Source of the DNA: the human T2T-CHM13v2.0 reference genome, Homo sapiens
Strand: one strand, 5' to 3'
Assembly: GCF_009914755.1 (NCBI RefSeq)
Contig: NC_060928.1
DNA length: 64,000 nt
Position numbers and translations under genes: made by a program. Positions 55,401-64,000 of this stretch are shown one piece after another. Numbering within the stretch: position 1 is the first letter of the stretch; every line of letters starts with the position of its first letter. The notes under the pieces were generated by a model that saw only the letters and a program-made list of their open reading frames with translations, did not search any database and was not told the origin of the DNA.

Positions 55401-58400
55401 ACTCTTTTTGTGGAATCAGAAAGTGGATATTCGGATGGCTCTGAGGATTTCGTTGGAAGCGGGATTACATATAAAATCTAGAGAGAAGCATTCTCAGGAA
55501 CTTCTTTGTGATGTTTGCATTGAAGTCACAGAATTGAACATTCACTTTGATAGAGCAGGTTTGAAACACTCATTCTGTAGTATCTGGAAGTGGACATTTC
55601 AAGCGCTTTCAGGCCTATGGTGAGAAAGGAAATATCTTCGAATAAAAACTAGACAGAAGCATCCTCAGAAACTTATTTGTGATGTGTGTCCTCAACTAAC
55701 AGAGTTGAAACTTTGTTTTGATACAGCATTTTGGAAACACTCTTTTTGTAGAATCTGCAGGTGGATATTTGGATAGCTTAGAGGGATTCGTTGGAAAGGG
55801 GATATCTTCATATAAAATCTAGACAGAAGCATTCTCAGAAACTTATTTGTGATGTGTGTCCTCAACTAACAGAGTTGAACCTTGGTTTTGATACAGCATT
55901 TTGGAAACACTCCTTTTGTAGAATCTGCAGGTGGATATGTGGATAGCTCTGAAGATTTCGTTGGAAACGGGAATTTCTTCATATAAAATCAAACAGAAGC
56001 ATTCTCAGAAACTTCTCAGTGATGTTTGCATTCAGCTCATGGAGTTGAACACTTCCTTTCATAGAGCCGGTTTGAAACACTCTTTCTGCACTACCTGGAA
56101 GAGGACATTTCGAGCGCTTTGAGTCCTATGGTGAAAAAGGAAATATCTTCTCATAAAAACCAGAAAGAAGCATTCTCAGAAACTTCTTTGTGTTGTGTGT
56201 ACTCATGTAACAGTGTTGAACCATCCTTTTGACAGAGCAGTTTTGAAACACTCTTTTTGTAGAATCTGCAAGTGGATATTTGGATAGCTTTGAGGATTTC
56301 GTTGGAAACGGGATGACATATAATATCTAGAGAGAAGCATACTCAGGAACTTCTTTGTGATGTTTGCATTCAAGTCACAGAATTGAACATTCCCTTTCAT
56401 AGAGCAGGTTTGAAACACTCTTTCTCTAGTATCTGGAAGTGGGCATTTCAAGCGCTTTCAGGCCTATGGAGAGAAAGGAAATACCTTCAAATAAAAACTA
56501 GACAGAAGCATTCTCAGAAACTTATTTGTGATGTGTGTCCTCAACTAACAGAGTTGAACCTTTGTTTTGATACAGCATTTTGGAAACACTCCTTTTGTAG
56601 AATCTGCAGGTGGATATTTGGATAACTTTGAAGATTTCGTTGGAAACCGGAATATCTTCATATAAAATCAAGACAGAAGCATTCTCGGAAACATCTCTGT
56701 GATGTTTGCATTCAACTCAGTAGAGTTGAACACTTCCTTTCATAGAGCAGGTTTGAAACACTCTTTCTGCACTACCTGGAAGCGGACATTTCGAGCGCTT
56801 TGAGGCCTATGGTGAAAAAGGAAATAGCTTCTCATAAAAACCAGAAAGAAGCATTCTCAGAAACTTCTTTGTGTTGTGTGTACTCAAGTAACAGTGTTGA
56901 ACCTTCCTTTTGACACAGCAGTTTTGAAACACTCTTTTGGTAGAATCTGCAAGTGGATATTTGGATAGCTTTGAGGATTTCGTTGGAAACGGGTTATCTT
57001 CATATAAAATCCAGACAGGAGCATTCTCAGAAACTTCTTTGTGCTGCATGTCCTCAATTCACAGAGCTGAACCTTTGTTTGGATACAGCATTTTGGAAAC
57101 ATTCCTTTAGTAGAATCTGCAAGTTGATATTTAGATAGCTTTGAAGATTTCGTTGGAAACGGGAATATCTTCATAGAACATCTAGACGGAAGCATTCTCA
57201 GAAACTGCTTTGTGATGTTTGCATTCAAGTCACAGAGTTGAATATTCCCTTTTATAGAGTAGGTTTGAAACACTCTTTTGGCACTACCTGGAAGTGGATA
57301 TTTCGAGCTCTTTGAGGCCTATGGTTAAAAGGAAATATCTTCCCATAAAAACTAGACAGAAGCCGTCTCAGAAACTTGTTTGTGATGTGTGTATTCAACT
57401 AACAGAGTTGAACATTTCTGTTACAGAGCAATTTTAAAACACTCTTTTTGTGGAATCTGAAAGTGGATAATTGGATAGCTTTGTGGATTTCGTTGGAAAC
57501 GGGATGACGTATAAAATCTAGAGAGAAGCATTCTCAGGAACTTCTTTGTGATGTTTGCATTCAAGTCACAGAATTGAACATTCCCTTTCATAGAGCAGGT
57601 TTGAAACACTCTTTCTCTAGTATCTGGAAGTGGGCATTTCAAGCGCTTTCAGGCCTATGGAGAGAAAGGAAATACCTTCAAATAAAAACTAGACAGAAGC
57701 ATTCTCAGAAACTTATTTGTGATGTGTGTCCTCAACTAACAGAGTTGAACCTTTGTTTTGATACAGCATTTTGGAAACACTCCTTTTGTAGGATCTGCAG
57801 GTGGATATTTGGATAGATTTTAAGATTTCGTTGGAAACGGGAGTTTCTTCATAGAAACTCAAGACAGATGCATTCTCAGAAACATCTCTGTGATGTTTGC
57901 ATTCCACTCATAGATTTGAAAACTTCCTTTCATAGAGCAGGTTTGAAACACTCTTTTTGTAATATTTGGAAGTGGACATTTGCAGCGCTTTGAGGCCTAT
58001 GGTGAAAAAGGAAATATCTTCTCATAAAAACCAGAAACAAGCATTCTCAGAAACTTCTTTTTGATGTGTGTACTCAAGTAACAGAGTTGAACCTTCCTTT
58101 TGACACAGCAGTTTTGAAACAATCTTTTTGTAGAATCTGCAAGTGGATATTTGGATAGCTTTGAGGATTTCGTTGGAAACGGGATATCTTCATATAAAAT
58201 CTAGACAGAAGCATTCTCAGAAACTTCTTTGTGCTGTATGTCCTCAATTAACAGAGTTGAACCATTGCTTGGATACAGCATTTTGGAAACATTCCTTGAG
58301 TAGAATCTGCAAGTTGATATTTAGATAGATTTGAAGATTTCGTTGGAAAAGGGAATATCTCCATATAAAATCTAGAGGGAAGCATTCTCAGAAACTGCTT

Positions 58401-61400
58401 TGTGATGTTTCCATTCAAGTCACAGAGTTGAATATTCCCTTTTATAGAGCACGTTTGAAACACTCTTTCTGCACTATCTGGAAGTGGACATTTCGAGCGC
58501 TTTGAGGCCTATGGTGAAAAAGGAAATATCTTCCCATAAAAACTAGACAGAAGCATTCTCAGAAACTTGTTTGTGATGTGTGTATTCAACTAACAGAGTT
58601 GAACTTTTGTTTTTACAGAGCCGTTTTAAAACACTCTTTTTGTGGAATCAGAAAGTGGATATTCGGATGGCTCTGAGGATTTCGTTGGAAGCGGGATTAC
58701 ATATAAAATCTAGAGAGAAGCATTCTCAGGAACTTCTTTGTGATGTTTGCATTGAAGTCACAGAATTGAACATTCACTTTGATAGAGCAGGTTTGAAACA
58801 CTCATTCTGTAGTATCTGGAAGTGGACATTTCAAGCGCTTTCAGGCCTATGGTGAGAAAGGAAATATCTTCGAATAAAAACTAGACAGAAGCATCCTCAG
58901 AAACTTATTTGTGATGTGTGTCCTCAACTAACAGAGTTGAAACTTTGTTTTGATACAGCATTTTGGAAACACTCTTTTTGTAGAATCTGCAGGTGGATAT
59001 TTGGATAGCTTAGAGGGATTCGTTGGAAAGGGGATATCTTCATATAAAATCTAGACAGAAGCATTCTCAGAAACTTATTTGTGATGTGTGTCCTCAACTA
59101 ACAGAGTTGAACCTTGGTTTTGATACAGCATTTTGGAAACACTCCTTTTGTAGAATCTGCAGGTGGATATGTGGATAGCTCTGAAGATTTCGTTGGAAAC
59201 GGGAATTTCTTCATATAAAATCAAACAGAAGCATTCTCAGAAACTTCTCAGTGATGTTTGCATTCAGCTCATGGAGTTGAACACTTCCTTTCATAGAGCC
59301 GGTTTGAAACACTCTTTCTGCACTACCTGGAAGAGGACATTTCGAGCGCTTTGAGTCCTATGGTGAAAAAGGAAATATCTTCTCATAAAAACCAGAAAGA
59401 AGCATTCTCAGAAACTTCTTTGTGTTGTGTGTACTCATGTAACAGTGTTGAACCATCCTTTTGACAGAGCAGTTTTGAAACACTCTTTTTGTAGAATCTG
59501 CAAGTGGATATTTGGATAGCTTTGAGGATTTCGTTGGAAACGGGATGACATATAATATCTAGAGAGAAGCATACTCAGGAACTTCTTTGTGATGTTTGCA
59601 TTCAAGTCACAGAATTGAACATTCCCTTTCATAGAGCAGGTTTGAAACACTCTTTCTCTAGTATCTGGAAGTGGGCATTTCAAGCGCTTTCAGGCCTATG
59701 GAGAGAAAGGAAATACCTTCAAATAAAAACTAGACAGAAGCATTCTCAGAAACTTATTTGTGATATGTGTCCTCAACTAACAGAGTTGAACCTTTGTTTT
59801 GATACAGCATTTTGGAAACACTCCTTTTGTAGAATCTGCAGGTGGATATTTGGATAACTTTGAAGATTTCGTTGGAAACCGGAATATCTTCATATAAAAT
59901 CAAGACAGAAGCATTCTCGGAAACATCTCTGTGATGTTTGCATTCAACTCAGTAGAGTTGAACACTTCCTTTCATAGAGCAGGTTTGAAACACTCTTTCT
60001 GCACTACCTGGAAGCGGACATTTCGAGCGCTTTGAGGCCTATGGTGAAAAAGGAAATATCTTCTCATAAAAACCAGAAAGAAGCATTCTCAGAAACTTCT
60101 TTGTGTTGTGTGTACTCAAGTAACAGTGTTGAACCTTCCTTTTGACACAGCAGTTTTGAAACACTCTTTTGGTAGAATCTGCAAGTGGATATTTGGATAG
60201 CTTTGAGGATTTCGTTGGAAACGGGTTATCTTCATATAAAATCCAGACAGGAGCATTCTCAGAAACTTCTTTGTGCTGCATGTCCTCAATTCACAGAGCT
60301 GAACCTTTGTTTGGATACAGCATTTTGGAAACATTCCTTTAGTAGAATCTGCAAGTTGATATTTAGATAGCTTTGAAGATTTCGTTGGAAACGGGAATAT
60401 CTTCATAGAAAATCTAGACGGAAGCATTCTCAGAAACTGCTTTGTGATGTTTGCATTCAAGTCACAGAGTTGAATATTCCCTTTTATAGAGTAGGTTTGA
60501 AACACTCTTTCGGCACTACCTGGAAGTGGATATTTCGAGCTCTTTGAGGCCTATGGTTAAAAGGAAATATCTTCCCATAAAAACTAGACAGAAGCCGTCT
60601 CAGAAACTTGTTTGTGATGTGTGTATTCAACTAACAGAGTTGAACATTTCTGTTACAGAGCAATTTTAAAACACTCTTTTTGTGGAATCTGAAAGTGGAT
60701 AATTGGATAGCTTTGTGGATTTCGTTGGAAACGGGATGACGTATAAAATCTAGAGAGAAGCATTCTCAGGAACTTCTTTCTGATGTTTGCATTCAAGTCA
60801 CAGAATTGAACATTCCTTTTCATAGTGCAGGTTTGAAACACTCTTTCTGTAGTATCTGGAAGTGGACATTTCAAGCGCTTTCAGGCCTACGGGGAGAAAG
60901 GAAATATCTTCAAATAAAAACGAGACAGAAGGATTCTCAGAAACTTATTTGTGATGTGTGTCCTAAACGAACACAGTTGAACCTTTGTTTTGATACAGCA
61001 TTTTGGAAACACTCCTTTTGTAGGATCTGCAGGTGGATATTTGGATAGATTTTAAGATTTCGTTGGAAACGGGAGTTTCTTCATAGAAACTCAAGACAGA
61101 TGCATTCTCAGAAACATCTCTGTGATGTTTGCATTCCACTCATAGAGTTGAAAACTTCCTTTCATAGAGCAGGTTTGAAACACTCTTTTTGTAATATTTG
61201 GAAGTGGACATTTGCAGCACTTTGAGGCCTATGGTGAAAAAGGAAATATCTTCTCATAAAAACCAGAAACAAGCATTCTCAGAAACTTCTTTTTGATGTG
61301 TGTACTCAAGTAACAGAGTTGAACCTTCCTTTTGACACAGCAGTTTTGAAACAATCTTTTTGTAGAATCTGCAAGTGGATATTTGGATAGCTTTGAGGAT

Positions 61401-63798
61401 TTCGTTGGAAACGGGATATCTTCATATAAAATCTAGACAGAAGCATTCTCAGAAACTTCTTTGTGCTGTATGCCCTCAATTAACAGAGTTGAACCATTGC
61501 TTGGATACAGCATTTTGGAAACATTCCTTGAGTAGATTCTGCAAGTTGATATTTAGATAGATTTGAAGATTTCATTGGAAAAGGGAATATCTCCATATAA
61601 AATCTAGAGGGAAGCATTCTCAGAAACTGCTTTGTGATGTTTCCATTCAAGTCACAGAGTTGAATATTCCCTTTTATAGAGCACGTTTGAAACACTCTTT
61701 CTGCACTATCTGGAAGTGGACATTTCGAGCGCTTTGAGGCCTATGGTGAAAAAGGAAATATCTTCCCATAAAAACTAGACAGAAGCATTCTCAGAAACTT
61801 GTTTGTGATGTGTGTATTCAACTAACAGAGTTGAACTTTTGTTTTTACAGAGCCGTTTTAAAACACTCTTTTTGTGGAATCAGAAAGTGGATATTCGGAT
61901 GGCTCTGAGGATTTCGTTGGAAGCGGGATTACATATAAAATCTAGAGAGAAGCATTCTCAGGAACATCTTTGTGATGTTTGCATTGAAGTCACAGAATTG
62001 AACATTCACTTTGATAGAGCAGGTTTGAAACACTCATTCTGTAGTATCTGGAAGTGGACATTTCAAGCGCTTTCAGGCCTATGGTGAGAAAGGAAATATC
62101 TTCGAATAAAAACTAGACAGAAGCATCCTCAGAAACTTATTTGTGATGTGTGTCCTCAACTAACAGAGTTGAAACTTTGTTTTGATACAGCATTTTGGAA
62201 ACACTCTTTTTGTAGAATCTGCAGGTGGATATTTGGATAGCTTAGAGGGATTCGTTGGAAAGGGGATATCTTCATATAAAATCTAGACAGAAGCATTCTC
62301 AGAAACTTATTTGTGATGTGTGTCCTCAACTAACAGAGTTGAACCTTGGTTTTGATACAGCATTTTGGAAACGCTCCTTTTGTAGAATCTGCAGGTGGAT
62401 ATGTGGATAGCTCTGAAGATTTCGTTGGAAACGGGAATTTCTTCATATAAAATCAAACAGAAGCATTCTCAGAAACTTCTCAGTGATGTTTGCATTCAGC
62501 TCATGGAGTTGAACACTTCCTTTCATAGAACCGGTTTGAAACACTCTTTCTGCACTACCTGGAAGAGGACATTTCGAGCGCTTTGAGTCCTATGGTGAAA
62601 AAGGAAATATCTTCTCATAAAAACCAGAAAGAAGCATTCTCAGAAACTTCTTTGTGTTGTGTGTACTCATGTAACAGTGTTGAACCATCCTTTTGACAGA
62701 GCAGTTTTGAAACACTCTTTTTGTAGAATCTGCAAGTGGATATTTGGATAGCTTTGAGGATTTCGTTGGAAACGGGATGACATATAATATCTAGAGAGAA
62801 GCATTCTCAGGAACTTCTTTGTGATGTTTGCATTCAAGTCACAGAATTGAACATTCCCTTTCATAGAGCAGGTTTGAAACACTCTTTCTCTAGTATCTGG
62901 AAGTGGGCATTTCAAGCGCTTTCAGGCCTATGGAGAGAAAGGAAATACCTTCAAATGAAAACTAGACAGAAGCATTCTCAGAAACTTATTTGTGATGTGT
63001 GTCCTCAACTAACAGAGTTGAACCTTTGTTTTGATACAGCATTTTGGAAACACTCCTTTTGTAGAATCTGCAGGTGGATATTTGGATAACTTTGAAGATT
63101 TCGTTGGAAACCGGAATATCTTCATATAAAATCAAGACAGAAGCATTCTCGGAAACATCTCTGTGATGTTTGCATTCAACTCAGTAGAGTTGAACACTTC
63201 CTTTCATAGAGCAGGTTTGAAACACTCTTTCTGCACTACCTGGAAGCGGACATTTCGAGCGCTTTGAGGCCTATGGTGAAAAAGGAAATATCTTCTCATA
63301 AAAACCAGAAAGAAGCATTCTCAGAAACTTCTTTGTGTTGTGTGTACTCAAGTAACAGTGTTGAACCTTCCTTTTGACACAGCAGTTTTGAAACACTCTT
63401 TTGGTAGAATCTGCAAGTGGATATTTGGATAGCTTTGAGGATTTCGTTGGAAACGGGTTATCTTCATATAAAATCCAGACAGGAGCATTCTCAGAAACTT
63501 CTTTGTGCTGCATGTCCTCAATTCACAGAGCTGAACCTTTGTTTGGATACAGCATTTTGGAAACATTCCTTTAGTAGAATCTGCAAGTTGATATTTAGAT
63601 AGCTTTGAAGATTTCGTTGGAAACGGGAATATCTTCATAGAACATCTAGACGGAAGCATTCTCAGAAACTGCTTTGTGATGTTTGCATTCAAGTCACAGA
63701 GTTGAATATTCCCTTTTATAGAGTAGGTTTGAAACACTCTTTTGGCACTACCTGGAAGTGGATATTTCGAGCTCTTTGAGGCCTATGGTTAAAAGGAA
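31479..63798 (+). repeat. Ten consecutive full-length 19-mer HOR copies (starts 31479, 34711, 37943, 41175, 44407, 47639, 50871, 54103, 57335, 60567)
   Basis: Exact 3232-bp spacing of all marker ORFs from 31565 to 60653, so there are no net indels. Confidence 0.96.
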
Positions 63799-64000
63799 AT
63801 ATCTTCCCATAAAAACTAGACAGAAGCCGTCTCAGAAACTTGTTTGTGATGTGTGTATTCAACTAACAGAGTTGAACATTTCTGTTACAGAGCAATTTTA
63901 AAACACTCTTTTTGTGGAATCTGAAAGTGGATAATTGGATAGCTTTGTGGATTTCGTTGGAAACGGGATGACGTATAAAATCTAGAGAGAAGCATTCTCA
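63799..64000 (+). repeat. Start of next HOR copy (m1, truncated by the window edge)
   Basis: GACAGAAGCCGTCTCAG marker followed by the m1 CENP-B box. Confidence 0.95.

Larger units (their letters stand above)
1..64000 (+). repeat. Centromeric alpha-satellite higher-order repeat array (19-mer, 3232 bp; probably human chr4 D4Z1 / S2C4H1L)
   Basis: Head-to-tail 166-172 bp monomers (CATTCTCAGAAACTTCTTTGTGATG...GAGTTGAAC...TTTGAAACACTCTTT...) with CENP-B boxes. Identical ORF artefacts recur at exact 3232-bp offsets (87, 3319, 6551, 9783). Alpha-satellite identity is essentially certain. The chr4 assignment rests on the recalled 19-mer/3.2 kb unit (confidence about 0.85). Confidence 0.98.

Noticed and set aside
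87-63737. Around 180 short ORFs (61-140 aa) on both strands
   Set aside because: They recur with the satellite period, overlap on opposite strands, mostly begin at non-ATG codons and carry no recognisable domain. They are chance open frames of alpha satellite.
1-64000. Hidden mobile-element insertion, inversion or non-satellite island
   Set aside because: All spacing changes (849, 1191 and 336 bp) are whole-monomer multiples explained by hybrid junctions. Orientation is constant, and I saw no poly(A) tail, target-site duplication or foreign sequence.
1-64000. A previously undescribed biological system
   Set aside because: The sequence is fully explained as a known class of centromeric HOR array. 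Any novelty is limited to specific variant junctions and their history, and these may already be catalogued.

Overview
The whole 64 kb window is one uninterrupted, single-orientation centromeric alpha-satellite array of about 376 monomers (~171 bp each). The monomers form a 3232-bp, 19-monomer higher-order repeat (HOR). The unit size, 19-mer structure and dimer-like A/B alternation fit the active human chromosome 4 array (D4Z1 / S2C4H1L, suprachromosomal family 2); this assignment is from recall and was not checked against a database. I found no genes, transposon insertions or inversions, and all listed ORFs are by-products of the repeat. I see no evidence of a new protein-coding system. What the window does record is array evolution. 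Numbering monomers m1-m19 from position 29, the HOR has an internal 7+5+7 architecture with 8 intact and 3 degenerate CENP-B boxes. A cluster of structural variants at ~12.9-28.7 kb contains two 14-mers and two different 12-mers, with breakpoints that can be mapped to within 6-49 bp. There are also four length-neutral m2/m3-to-m14/m15 chimeric tracts, one junction found six times, and SNP haplotypes that reveal local and long-range duplications. All comparisons were made by eye, using diagnostic bases and the ORF-track offsets.
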